From positions 62,001-126,000 of the forward strand of contig JALDTO010000156.1 of NCBI GenBank assembly GCA_023515725.1: a stretch of 64,000 nt of DNA, in the 5' to 3' direction. The notes beneath the pieces are model-generated. The model saw nothing but the letters and a program-made list of their open reading frames with translations, had not been told where the DNA came from and ran no database searches. This DNA is from Amoeboaphelidium protococcarum X5. Lineage: Eukaryota > Fungi > Aphelidiomycota. Both the position numbers and the translations under genes were made by a program. This document shows positions 11,932-25,190 of the stretch, piece after piece (the stretch's first letter is position 1; each line of letters begins with the position of its first letter).

Positions 11932-12953
11932 ATGGGGGAAAGTAGATAGGAACTTCTTGCTTGGTTGAACGACCTCTTGCAGCTCAATTATACTAAAATT
12001 GAACAAATTGGAACTGGAGCAGCCTTGGCTCAAATATTTGATTCTATTTTCGGTAGGTGACAGTTTGCTGATACAAAGTTCATCAATGTTCGTAATTAAA
12101 TCTTGTAGGTGATGTGTAAATGAGTAAATTAAAATTTAATGCTCTGCATGAATATGAATACGTCAACAATTTCAAAGTTTTACAAAAGACATTTCTTGAC
12201 CACAAGATTGAAAAGGTATGAAATTTACATTTACAGATTAATATTCATTTAAAAAAATATTACGTGTCAATGTAGGTAATCCCAGTGGAAAGACTTTTGA
12301 AATGCAAGTTTCAAGACAATTTGGAGTTTCTGCAATGGGTGAAACAGTATTGGGACAGCCATTTTCCTGGTGGATCGTACGATGCCGTATCACGAAGAAG
12401 GTCAAAGTCAGCAGGCAGCGGTGGTGGAGGTGGGTCGCGTGCTGCAATGGCCAACTCAACGGCCAGCGGAAGTGCGAGAAAACTTCCATCTGGTGCCGGT
12501 GCTGCGTCTAATTCATCGCGTTCGCTGAAACAAGCGTCCAACTCTCCTGCTCCGAATCGTGCGGCTGCTCAGAGAAATGCAGCTGCTGGTGCACCTGCTG
12601 TATCGCGTCCTTAGGTGTCTACTGCTCAAGTTGACGCGTTGAATGCGTAGATCACTCAACTTTAAGTGATTGTTGATGGACTAGAGAAGGAGCGCGATTT
12701 CTATTTCAAAAAGTTGCGAGATGTTGAAATCTTGGTCCAGAATCGCCAAGGTATGCATTTTTTAACTTTAGATATCTTAATAGTTATAAAATTGAGAACG
12801 AGCTTTGTAGATCAAGAAGGTTCATCTGATGTGGGGAAATTCTGTCAGGAGTTATCAAGTGTTTTGTATAGCACTGAAGAAGGATTTGAATTACCTCCTG
12901 ATGATGACAACTTGGTTGAGCCTGAGGCTCAAATAATCGATGAAACATTCTGA
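11932..12953 (+). CDS. BIM1: EB1/Bim1/Mal3 microtubule plus-end binding protein (3 introns)
   Basis: MGESRQELLAWLN, CH domain ([13 protein letters not shown]), EBH domain [19 protein letters not shown]-terminal DETF; GT..TGTAG introns at ~12053-12108, ~12216-12275, ~12751-12810. Confidence 0.95.
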
Positions 12954-13344
12954 TAATAACAGTGCTGCAATGTGTTAAATCTGTGGAATTTAAATTTAAA
13001 TCATTTGCATTTTTAATAAGCCATTACATTCTGAGTACGAGATGATTACTAATATTACACAGATACTGCACAGAGATGCACAAAATGCCCAGACGCCAAG
13101 CTGAAGGTCACTTCGCAATTCAATCCAGTTTCAGCCAATCAGCATTCGGCATTTGATCAGGCGTACGACTTTCTGTTGCACCGTTACTTGTGATTAGCCA
13201 ATTAAAGGATTAACTTCTTACGATTAGATTACCTCTGTCTGCTCAGTTCAGTATCTGTCTTCCTTCGCTACATTTCCATTTAAAATTGATTAGCGCTTTA
13301 TCAGCATCTAAGAGCAGAATAAGTGTTGATTTGAATAAGGAATT

Positions 13345-14511
13345 ATGTTTACAGGATTTTCATATTTGGACGCGGCATTCACGTTAATTGCCTATGGAGT
13401 ATTCATCTTATATAGAATCAAGACTAATGATGGAGTTAGAATACTCAGTGCAAAGGCATTGAAAAGGATTGAATTGAAAAGTGTCGCTATAATTTTACTG
13501 CTATTATCTCTACTCGTGCTCGTGGTTTACAACCTCATTGCAGCCGTAGTGAAGTATCGTCAAGGATATTATGTGGACCCAGTGACTGGAATAATCATCA
13601 CGCGTCCTCTATCGGAGTACAATCGACAAGACTAGAACATCTTCCCGAGTATCTCTGTTTTGCTTAATCTCAGCTGGACTCTACAATGTGCATCTCTATT
13701 CTTATTGATGGCTCTGTGGAATCACATGTCTAAAGCTGAATTGAACAAGCAGTTCATGTCCTCCTTTGAGTTTAAGGCTTACGCTATCTACTCTATGGTG
13801 AGTCTCAGTATCTATCCCTTCTTGTAGGTGTGGTATTTTATCTCGTAGAATGTGATTGTAAGTGGTGTTGTGCCGATCTTTGTTTACGTGTTTCAGTGTG
13901 TGCTGTTACTGGTGCTGTCTCAGGTGTCTCGATTCAGATTCAAGAAACTGGCTTTGCAGCTGCCTGTGTAGACTAAAGCACACTCTAGAATCAAGTATTA
14001 TGGCCGCATGAACAATTTCCTGACCGTGTCAATGCTGTTGATTGCAGTCGGCCTGGGTGCCATTGCTGTAGATGCAATCTCTTCTGACATGTTCTTTTAC
14101 AATCAGTTCATTTTGGATGTGTTTACAAAGCTGTACACGCTTGGTATTACTTCATCTTATGTGATTGCAATCCTGATCCTTCTACCTCCTGCTGTGTCTG
14201 ATGGCAGCGATATGTCAAAGAATTATGGTGGTGTCAACAATAACGGTGGTGTGCACTTGATTGTAGAGCCTTTGAAAAAGTCTTCTCAATAGCACACCGT
14301 TAAAACCGGTCGTGACTCTAAGACTCTTACAAGTCCACTGTCCGCACACAGTAATAATAACGGTGGCCCAGTCTCTCCACTGAGTCCTAGTGGTCGTCAG
14401 CAGTATTTGGTTGATAGAGACACGCGCGGCTTTTTTAAAGTTTAGAAAACTCCTCCTCAGTCTCCTGGCTCTGATATGTCGACCACTCTACGACAGTCAT
14501 TCAGGAATTGA
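13345..14511 (+). CDS. Uncharacterised multi-pass (~7 TM) membrane protein
   Basis: 388-aa ORF joining track ORFs 13345 and 14008; ~7 hydrophobic segments and an S/P-rich tail. Confidence 0.7.
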
Positions 14512-14648
14512 TTTTTGAGATTATAATGATAATGATGATGTGAAAATAGTATTTAGTGCAATTAAATTCTTTAATTTTCCTGATATTTAAACGTATTCAG
14601 ACAATAATAACTTCCCACTTGAGCTGTTTACAAGCTATTAGGATGATC

Positions 14649-15226
14649 TCATTTAGACTATCGAAATACCATTTCAATCTCTTTACGGGCGCTCTCACTA
14701 GAATCTGAACCGTGAAATCAATTTCTAGTTTAACTTAACGCATACCTCGCGCGTAGACTCATAGGATCTTATAATTTAGCTCTACATTAAAAACACTTTA
14801 TTAGATATATTTCAAATACAAAATCTATTTTCCCAGTTAAAACTTACTTTACTGGATCGCTGTGTCCGATAAGAGTTCGCCACCGATTTACAGCATCAGG
14901 CGCAACCAGAATCATGGCAATAAATGGACCGCTACATTACCATATGACTCATGATGATGAATTGTTACAGTATAATTGATATAATATATATGTACATACC
15001 TTGTCATGTATTCGATTAATCTAGGATAAAACTCTTTTCCTTAATGTTCCTTGTAAAACTATGATGCCTCACTATTGTTCCAAGTCATCGTTTACTGCCT
15101 TTCAATATCAAAAGCTCCCACTTTATTTAATTTCTTATCATTAGATTTGATAGTCTTAAATATATATTCAACTGCCTTTTTATCAGCCACGACATGCGGC
15201 TTTATCAAGGCCAATGTCCTCTACAT
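14649..15226 (-). CDS. Nucleoside diphosphate kinase (NME6/group II-like), 2 introns, with an in-frame TGA next to the catalytic His
   Basis: MQRTLALIKP, FYKEHQGKEFYPRLIEYMTSGP, WRTLIG, SLRARYALSQTRN[TGA]FHGSDS; TGA at 14718-14720. May be a pseudogene allele or recoded. Confidence 0.85.
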
Positions 15227-15374
15227 TACTATTGCAACAACTATATTTTTCGTTATAATGTTAGTGCGCACCGTACACAGATTTAAGAGAGAGATCATCG
15301 CCCGATCAAACGAGTTTTTCGTTTCTGAAAACACGTCAAAATATTAAAATCTTCATTCTGAACCATAATATACA

Positions 15375-18300
15375 ATGAGTACCATTAATTATAGGACAAA
15401 GTAGGTGGTGGAAGAGAATGGAAAAATTAAATTCAAGTATATCAAGTTTGCTGATAGACTGAAGCGGATTAATCCAGACGTTGTGCACAGGATAAGTCGC
15501 GTGGAAGAGCTGGAACCAGAGGAAGGGGATTCGTACTTTAACGCGTCACTGCAGGAGTGGAGAGACTTGAATTGCACATTGGACTTTTAGCGCTTCTGTT
15601 AGGAAGTTTAGTCGTTGGTGAATACATTTAACCAGGTGGTATTTTACAAGGATGATATTGTGTAAGTCTTGCTGAATCACTTGAATAAGGATCAATCTCT
15701 TGCTATGGATGCTTTGCTCAATCTGGTGACTATGCTGGCTAAAGACTTGAGAGATGATTTCTATCCATACTTTGCTCAGTTCATCCTCTGCTTTAGTAAA
15801 TTACTTAAACAGTACAAGCAGGATGCCGATATGATTGAGAAGATCTTTGAGGCTATTGGGTACCTTTTCAAGTACCTTAAGCGATTATTGGCTGCCAATT
15901 TCATGTAGACATTCACTGATATTCTACCACTTCTTATGGATGATACCGAGTTTGTCAAGTGGTTTGCCGCGCCGTCGCTGGCTTTTGTATTGCGCAAAGT
16001 TCCTGATGGTGATGCGCTGCGTGATGTGATCAAGTAGATGCTTTAGATTGTGGACTCTTAGTAGAATATCAGTAGAAGTTGTCTTTTGGATTCTGTGGCA
16101 GCTCTGTTTGCAGAGTGCATGAAAGGTATTGGTAATCTATTTCATTTCAAGGCTTCGAGGATATTGGCACTCTTGTTGGATAATATCTAACATTCCAAGT
16201 GTGGATTAGAATTGACTGAAAAGACGTTGATCTTGTTGCTAGTTCATGGTGACTCTGACTCTAATCAGGATATTGTGTCCATGTTGCTATCTCATGCATA
16301 AAATGTTGATATGCAATAGCATTGGTACATTATCAAGTTGACAGTTCTTGTGCTGGCGGTCAGGAAGGGAACTCGCGTATAAAAGTCGATTTAGAGAATT
16401 GGAGAGTGGTGTACTACATCGCTGATATCCAGCATCGATTTGGTATAACTGAATGAATCCCAGATTGTTGATTTAGCTTCTCTAGTTGCCTTGCTTCTGA
16501 ATGCTTCCTATGATAATGATAGACTTTTGTGTAGCTTGCGTTATATATTCAGTCGAATTAGCGCCGAATAAGTGCTGTAGTTTTGCTCTGTAATATTGAA
16601 AATTTGCACCATTGACTTTGCCTAATTGATATTGCCTGTCCTTACTGAATCTTTTTAGTTAAAGTCAACTGATGATCAATTAAAACTTGTATAGTGGATA
16701 TTTTGTCATTAATGTGATGGTACTATCTGTCTGGATGGTGGACGGAAGTTGGACCTTGGGAATAGTGTTGATTAGGTGATTTCAGATGGTTCTTTAACTG
16801 AATTAACTGCTTAATTGTCAGATTAACATATTGCTTTATTGTCGCTGTTGCCATTTATTGTAATTTAGGATGAAGATGCTTTGAAGAAATTCCTGCTCGA
16901 GATCCTCAAATAGCGCCTGAAGGAGTGTGAGAGAAATGGTGATGATTCCATTATGTTTTCAGAGGCTCTCTTCTTGGCTAAGATTTTGCACTCTTTGGGT
17001 GTGCGCCTTAGTTGTGAGGATTTTGCTTCTATGGTCAAGTTGGCCATTTAGCTAAAGTATTGTGGCAATGTGGTGTTTTTATCCGTGGTCTATGAGTAGG
17101 CGGAAAGGTTGTAGATGATCTCTGCTGATCTAAAAGAGTCAATTGGTGCTCTTTTGTTAGAAAATCTTGTATCTCCCGTGAGGAGTTGTCGCCTGTTGAG
17201 TTTGTAGATTCTGAGTTCAATTAGTGAATGCAGCAGTGTATAGCATTAGATTCTAAATCTACTAGTCTAACTTGAATAAGTAGAGTATGCGCCTGAAAAT
17301 AGCCGCGAGATGGTACGCATAATCAATAAAATCAAGACTTTAGTTCCCAGAATTAGTAAATCTGATTTGTATATGTTGCCAAAGATTTGCGTTGGTATGT
17401 TGACTGCCAACTATAAACCTTTGTGGGCTCCTGTGCTCGATCTGATGTGGACTTTTGTCAGTTCTTACCCAAACGGTGCGGCTAAAAATCCTACATGGGA
17501 AGTGATTTGGAATTTCATCTCTCTGTTTGATTCGTTATTGTCTAGTGATTACTTGCCACGGATGTTCAATGTAAGCGCAGAGTAGCTGTGCTTGTGGTAA
17601 GAGTTGTAAAAGAAGACTCTCTAAGCTGATCTAAGTGGGGATGAGCAGTATAAGGGTAATTACCATGATATCACGCTTAATCAAATCGCTTCTCTAACTT
17701 TTCCACTGTATAAAGCAAGTGCTGTTAATGTCTATGCTCAGAATCTGCTGTAAAACTTTGAATTGCTATCTAATATGCGCGTAGACTGGCTGAATGTGTA
17801 TTCTCTGCTTTGTACATCTCTGAAAGATAACTCTTAGCGATTGAACAAGCTCTGGATAGCGCACATTGCTAAAGAATACCTCCGTCTGTATGATTAATGT
17901 TAATCTCATTACGAGCACTAGCTGTATCTTAGAAGCCGTCACTTATTTGAAGTCCTTGCTTATAATTCATCATTGTCAAGCATATCAGAAGACATATTGC
18001 TTAATCTCAGAAAGAGATCCTTTGACATACTATGTCGCCCGGATGTTTAAATGCAGAAAAGTGCCCTCAAATTACTTAAAGTGTTTTCAGAGCTTAGATT
18101 GTCCAAGTATATTGATGATCTTTTGGCTCTAGTTGATGAAAAGACTTTTAGAGAGACTTTGGCTAGGTGTTCCATATCAGAAGAGTCCGACTGGTTGTAG
18201 TCAGAAGATCGTCAATTCATCCTGCCTATATTGTTGCGCATCTTGTTCTCTAAATCTTTCTCTGGATAAGGTGGTAAGAATGTGCAGCAGTTGCGATCTA

Positions 18301-21300
18301 ATCGTTAGGCATTGATGTCTTATTTGGTGGTTATGGACGAGAATGAACTGAATATATTTGTTGATCTTCTGCTTGGTGACTATGAGGCTGAAGATGCAAT
18401 TGCAGATAAAGAAGTGAAGAATATCATTGGTCTGATGTCAAGATTGCTAGATTTGGTAACTTTTATGAAAACTGCGATTGTTCCCGTTGTGTCGCGACTG
18501 TGGAATGTGATGTCTTTGGTCTAGAAGTCCGTTGATGTAAAGTTGTAGTAAGACTTGGATAGTCCTCTTGCTGACAAATGGAAGTAGGTGCGCACATTGA
18601 TTTCCAAGACTGTGTTGCAGTTTTTCAAAATAAGAAGTAGTGATGCTCTGTCGTAGTAGCTGGCCCGATGCTTTGATGAAATGTTTAATCTGGTTATTAG
18701 ACCGAGATTGAGTAAGTTTGCTGATGAGAATTTACAGTAGGCATCTACTTTATTGTAATTGTTCCATCTATGGAGTTATAATGAACAATATTTGCCATTT
18801 CTTAGTGGTGAGGCAGAATAGATATTCTATCCCTTGATTGATCTTCTCAGTGGTACTAATGTGAAAAGTGAAGTTGTTGATATGACTTTGAGCATATTTG
18901 AGAACCTGCTGAGTTTTGCTAAAGGAGACAATGTTAATGCCAGTGCAATACTGAAGATGGTTAGCGGTAGGTTCATGTTATCTTTGAAGGCTGCATTTTG
19001 TAATTTGAAGAGTGATGATGGTATCAAGAGTAAAATTCTTAGGCGGCAAGTATCTCTTCTATCGAATCTGGTGGATTATATTGGCAATGATACCACTGCT
19101 TTGACTGATTACGTCTCACTGCTGCTTCCTTATCTCACAATGGCCGATAGATAAGTTAGTCAAGAGTAGAAAGCTAATATTCTGAAAATAGTTGCAAGTG
19201 TATTACCTCAGCATCTTAACCTTCTGGATGATTCCAGTGATGTCAATACTTTGTAGCGCGCAGTCAGCTCATTCACTTTGTGCTTGAGATCTTTAACTTT
19301 GTAAGAGTCTAGATTATTGCTTTGTCAGTGTTTTTAGACTATTGCCATTAAAGAGTCGCGGTATGAAAGAGTGTGCCAGTTGCTGAATAACTTGAATGCT
19401 TTCAAACGTGGTCGAGTTGATGAAGCAGACTGGTCCGTCAGATTGAATTGCGTTTCTTAGATTAACGATACTCTGCTTGATCAGCTGGATTGCGTAGAAT
19501 GGGGGATCATACTTAATCAGTATCTATACTTTGTACAAGTGCTTGGTGATTAAAGCTTGCGATAGTCTGCATCTTATGGAATGAGAAAGTTTATAAGCCT
19601 CGCCGCTAAACTTCAGGATGATTCGCCTTTGAAGAGTTTGTTGGACACTCACATCTTCAGCTTCATAAAGAATGGTGTCAAGTCACTGGATGAAGATGTC
19701 AGGACCGAGTTTGTTCTTCTCATGGATTGTCTTATTTTGGAGATGCCAGACTGGTCTAAAGTTGCTGGACTGGGCGAACTAAGAGCTGGTGGTGACGAAG
19801 AAGCTAATTTCTTCAATAATATTATTCATCTGTAGCTTCATAGAAGGGCCAAAGCTATCAGAAGGTTCACTGAGCATTTGAAGACTGATTCATCTCAGTA
19901 AATTCCAAGCTCCACTTTGGTCAACGTGTTTATGCCAATCTTTATGAACAATCTCCTATCTGCAGAGAAGAAAATACATGATTAGATTGTGGTTGATTCT
20001 ATTCATGCCATCGCTGCGATTTGCCGTCGGTTGACTTGGTCATAGTATTACAGTGTCTACTCTCAGCTGAAGAAGCTTTTCGATATGAAAGGGTAAAAGT
20101 CTATGTTAAGAGCACTTTTAGCTGTTTTGGAGCAATTTCATTGGAAGGCATAGGATGGCTGTGAGTAGGAATGTTCAGCGATGGATGCTTTATCCTCTAA
20201 GATCTTACCTTACTTGTACAAGATTTTAAATATGCGTACGGAAGATGATTCGAAGCTGGCTATTAGAATTCCAGTTGCACTCACTTATGCGTAGTTGCTG
20301 TAGAATTTATCTGACAATGTTTTCGTGTACGAGATTAAGCGTCTATTTACTTGCTTGGTGTACATTTTGCGGTCTCGCAGCCAAGAAGTTAGAGATTAAG
20401 CGCGTAATACACTGGTAAAGATCGTTAAGCTCCTTGGTCACAACTGTCTTGAGTATTTGGTGAAGGAGCTCAGATCTGCTCTCACTAAAGGCTACTAATT
20501 ACATGTTCTCGGGTACAGTTTATCTAGTATCATCATTGACAGTTTCGATGTGTTTACTATTGGTGCTTTTGATCGCTGCATGGATGTCACTTTATCTATC
20601 TTGTTTACTGATATATTTGGGCTGGTGGGTGAATAGAAAGAGGTTGAAGAGCTGGCTCGTCAGTCCAAAGAGTATCGCGGTTGTCGTAGTATTGAGGCAT
20701 TTGAGTGTTTATCCGCCGTGCTATCTCCATCTTCACTATAGAAAGTTATGGATCGTGTTGCCAGTCTATTAGATGCATCTCAGGGTAGATCATTTAGTGT
20801 AAAGATGGGTGACGTGTTGCGCAAGTTTTCCATTGGATTGTTGAGGAATAGTGGCCTAGATTCTGATGCTTTGATGTCTCTGATTTAATCATTGTTGTAG
20901 CCAGTTTAAAGTAGCTTTTACGCCAAGTAGAAGCATAGTACTACGTTGGTTGAGAGTATAGAGCAATCTAATGACATGGATGTGGATGCTTCTCCTATTA
21001 CCAAGACTGAATCTTCACAGGCTATTAAACATTACTTTGATTAGAATAAGCACTTGTTAATTGAGCTTGGTCTGAATCTACTGAGAGGCCTACTGAAGAG
21101 AGACTAGGTGGATGACTCTGAACAATGGAATAGAATTCTTGAATAGCTTAGCGCCTTGCTAGAGATGAAAGAGACTGGTGTGTTGAATTCTTGCCTCAAG
21201 TGTGTGTGCTAAATGTTGAACAGAAAATTGTAGTTATCCTCTGATGTGCTGAGCAGGTGCTGTAATTTGTGTGTCAATATAGTACTTCGACACTTGAATC

Positions 21301-22931
21301 TGAATAATGCTCTGGTGCAAGAGTGTCTACGTCTGCTGGCCGTGACTCTAAAAAGTTGCCCAGACATTGAATTGTTGAATGAACACCAGTTGACTGCTAT
21401 TCTGAAAATGATAAAGCCTGATATTCCAAAGTCAGATGAACATTCTGTGATATTCTCCTTCATCAGATCTGTGCTCGCCAAGCGTATGATGGCTCCAATC
21501 TTGTATGACATTATTGATGAGTGCTGCTAATGTGCTGTCACTCATCAGTCCGGCCACGTTTAGTCTGTCTGTAGAAGTATTGTTGTGCAGTTCTACCTTG
21601 ATTATCCAGCGGGTGAGAATAAGATCAAGAAGCTGTTTCAGTTTGTTGCCAGCAATATGAGTTATGACATTGAATGTGGCAGATTATCTGTAATGTAAAT
21701 GTTGGAGTTGATACTTATAAAGTTTCCCGCTGATGTGATTGATGCACAAGGAGAAGCCCTGTTTATGGCTCTAGTGATGTGTCTTGCTAATGATCAATCA
21801 CCTCGCTGTAAAGAGAAAGCTGCTCAGGTTTTGGATAGTCTATTTCCTATGATGTCCTAGAAGAATTTGGCAAAAGTTGAGAATCTGATCACATTATGGT
21901 TTGATGGTGAGAACACTTTGAAGAGCCTTGGAGTGCAAGTTCTCCGTATTATAATTTTGAGCCAGTCTCGACAGAATGATGACGATAATAGCTGTATAGT
22001 ATCCTTAAAATCTCTGGACATGTTCATGTAGAAATGCTTTACAGTATTTGACCAGAGTCTGGGCGATGATTAAGATTGGCAGTTGCGTTATCAGTGTTTA
22101 GTATTCTTGAGTAAGTGCTTATAAGCCAATAATCTTGTTGTGGATGATCATTTATTAGAGTTAGTGATGAAGTGCATGTTGGACGTTCATGCTTGGGTGC
22201 GGCTGGCTTCTAGTCGTTTGGTGCTTTAGGTTGCACAGTCTTAGCCTCATTCATTAGCTTTACACACTAATAAACTGATGAGATTAAGTCTAAATTAGTT
22301 GAAAAGTTCTGTGCTGGATGAATAACAGTGTGCTTTGACTCTGGACAATCTCAAAGTTATTGGTGATTTTGAGTATAGTCAATGTCTTCCATCTGGATTT
22401 ACTCCTCGTGCTGCAGATGTTTAGGACAGTACAAGTGATGACCAAGATCAAGCATAGAATCTTCTATCTTTGTACAAAAGAGCAATCGTGATGGCTAAAT
22501 TAGAGCAGAATTCACCTTCGGTTCTGGTGAGACGCGTGGTGATTGAATGGCTCACCCATATCGCCGATAGTGTAAGTAAAGAAGATTTATGCCGAATACT
22601 GCCAACTATTCTGCCATTCATTTACAGAACATCTTAGGATGAGACCACAGTTGTTACTGGATTTGAAGAGGTGAAAACACAGTGCCACCTAACAATGAGA
22701 GCTATTGAGAAGAAGATTGGCACATCAGAGTACTTCAGGATTCAGCAAGAGGTGTAGATGGAGATATAAAAGGTGAAGAATGAGCGTCTTAGAGAAAAGT
22801 AATTGATGGCAGTGTCCGATCCGCAACGCTACGAGCAGCGAAAGGTTTAGAAGCGCTCGATGAAGTAGAATGCCAAGAAGCGTAAAGTTGAAGAGAACAA
22901 TATCCGGTATGGGAAGAAGTTGAGACAATGA
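15375..22931 (+). CDS. UTP20: U3 snoRNP/SSU processome component UTP20 (HEAT repeats, ~2518 aa)
   Basis: All track fragments (15405, 15669, 17310, 18312, 18834, 19581, 21246) share one frame. SYFNASLQEWRDLNCT, DEEANFFNNIIHLQLHRRAKA, LTKGYQLHVLGY, QFYLDYP motifs. Not every codon was checked. Confidence 0.9.
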
Positions 22932-23049
22932 TTAGAGTAGAATATATTTATATTGCTAACTTATACATCTTGATATTTTTAAATTTTTTTCAATGCCATC
23001 TCTTCATTAGGCTTTACACTACATAGAGCGCATAATAACTAAAAAAAGT

Positions 23050-24610
23050 TCCTCTGAAAATCAAGCTCTTTCTCAAACACTCATCCTTGTACTGTACTTT
23101 AGAAAATATTACGCAACAGTTTGAGTCTGGCGTTCGACCACTGTTCATAACTCTGGATGATGAGCGCGTCCGCGGATAGTCTCCACTCGGTGGGGTTTTT
23201 ACAAAGCATTTACCAAAGCGTTATCAAACTCAGTGCCATTATCCCTTTGAAGACCTTTTGGTGGACCAAACCCATTCAATCGCAGAGTGTTACAATGTTC
23301 TCAGCCAGAGAAACTTAGCCCTTTCCTGGGTATCGCAAACAACCAGGAAAGTTAACTGATACAGTCAATGATGGCACAAATTTTGGCGTTCCCACCATGA
23401 ACCACATTGTAATACCCATTAAAATCAATTTGCAGCCGTTCCATAGGATGACTGTATACTATAGCCTTGACCGGCATCTAATTGGTGAATTTGGAGAACT
23501 AGATGCAAACTACGCATTGCCTGATAAAGTCCTCCACCCACTTCCTATTAAATCCAGCCTTACACTTCTTGCCAGTACAATAAGTCTCCTAAATCTTCTG
23601 AAAACCCAGCTTTCCATATTCGCCAATTTATCGCGAGAGAATGTCTTAATCTTGAGGTACAATAAAAGACATGTATAATGGTATGTCTCCAACCAAAGGA
23701 CTTCTCTACAGCCCCGCAACGGCCATTTATAAGAAGGAGCACAGAATTTATAGCAGACAGCATCGATAGCATCCTCCAACGTCACGCACTTCCGTTGAGT
23801 CACCTCAGTTCTTCTGATCTTCAACATGTCTATGACATTAAAAGATGTTGGATATTTTTAAAAAGAAGAATATAGCGCTGTTAAACTTTGCATTGGTTAT
23901 ATTGCGTACCGTCTCAACTTGGGGTCCAAGTGGGCTTTAGATCATCCCAACGAGTTTGTTGTTATTAACAGCAACTTACCCAATCATGGAAATGTAATAT
24001 TTGTCCAGTGCATCTTTCTTCAGCTGGACCTGCTCATAACGCATCAATTTTGCCTTTTAAACAGAGTTAAGGTCAGTATATTCATTGAGAATTTACTGGC
24101 AGTGTTCATCCAAGAGGGAGTCATATCCCTTGGTTAGCATTGCATTTTAAACACTGTCCAGCCAGGGCCAGTAATTGCTACCAACAAAAGGAATTTTTAC
24201 CAAACTATTGCTGCACCACACATCTTAATAGTACTTACAGTATTAAAACTTCTTCCAATGCTCGAAATGCAGCAACATACTTTAATACTGACCCCTTCTA
24301 CTTTAACTCTCTCATCTTCTTCCTTACTTGTTCGTCATATTGCCCTAACTCTCTCATCTTCTTCCTTACTTGTTCGTCATATTGCCCGATTTGGAACTTC
24401 TATCGCAACTCTCCAGCAAACTCCTCCCAATCTGCAAAGGGAAATATACCATTCTTTGTTCTCTTTCGCAACCATTCCCATGCACCTGTACCACCACGTA
24501 AGACTTTCGCCATATATAGTATCGCCGTTTCCACGCTTACTGCTCCTGAAGAGACTTCTTCTATGAGTTTTCCACTACCGTTGTAATCTAACAATACAGT
24601 GACCACAGAG
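23050..24610 (-). mobile_element. Decayed transposon relic: retrotransposon-gag fragment plus rve/Ginger-like DDE integrase pseudogene
   Basis: gag: AWEW...WEEFAGELRQKF...LKQKGSVLKYVAAFRAL. Integrase: EDFIRQCVVC, HPMERLQIDF, IIDC, FGPPKGLQRDNGTEF, IRGRAHHP..VER with in-frame TGAs (23301, 23145). No protease/RT/RNase H seen. Confidence 0.8.
24304..24387. repeat. Exact 42-bp tandem duplication inside the gag fragment
   Basis: TAACTCTCTCATCTTCTTCCTTACTTGTTCGTCATATTGCCC x2, encoding GQYDEQVRKKMREL x2 on the minus strand. Confidence 0.95.
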
Positions 24611-25190
24611 CATATTGAATGATTCTTGCGATCATGAACAATGCATCATAAAGTTGAAAATATAGATGCAGTAACCGTTCATAATAGTCAAGACTCAACC
24701 ATAGCAATTTTCAGGGATACTACCAATACTGAAGCATTCTTTTGTTAGATTCATTTTCTAAATACAATATATGTTCAAATTATAAATTTACCAGAGTTTT
24801 TTAAAGAGAACTCGATAAAGTCAAAAGACAACTATTTGAAAGCAGCATTTATAAAGTAGGCACCATCAACCTTCCCACTAGCAATATTTAGGTCGGCAAA
24901 AAGAAACGTTGACCAAAGAGCTCATAACTCAGAAATACAGCAAGTCTTTAATTAGTTCAGAATAATAATTTCCAATTATTTACTTTTTAAGATTGCATAA
25001 AATAAAAATGTTATTTATTATTTTTGTTTACTTGAGTAAGATGAAGGAGAAGAAGAAAGTCTCGTCATTTCGTGAATGTAAATCAATTGTCGATCGAAAC
25101 TTAATTTCCATAATCCCCTTTAAATACTATACTCTCAAGGTATCATATATACGTGCACGCGCAGTTCAAGATTCATCTTCCAAGGTCATT

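Noticed and set aside
14560-14650. SECIS element downstream of the NDK gene
   Set aside because: Only an imperfect hairpin; no recognisable AUGA...GA quartet with correct spacing by eye, so not called.
14725-14745. Possible 21-nt GT..AG micro-intron rescuing the NDK TGA
   Set aside because: It is in frame, would delete conserved residues, would not remove the TGA, and lacks TGTAG.
24610-24930. Short minus-strand ORF upstream of the gag fragment (MSSLVNVSFADL...)
   Set aside because: No recognisable domain; unclear whether it belongs to the transposon relic or is coding.
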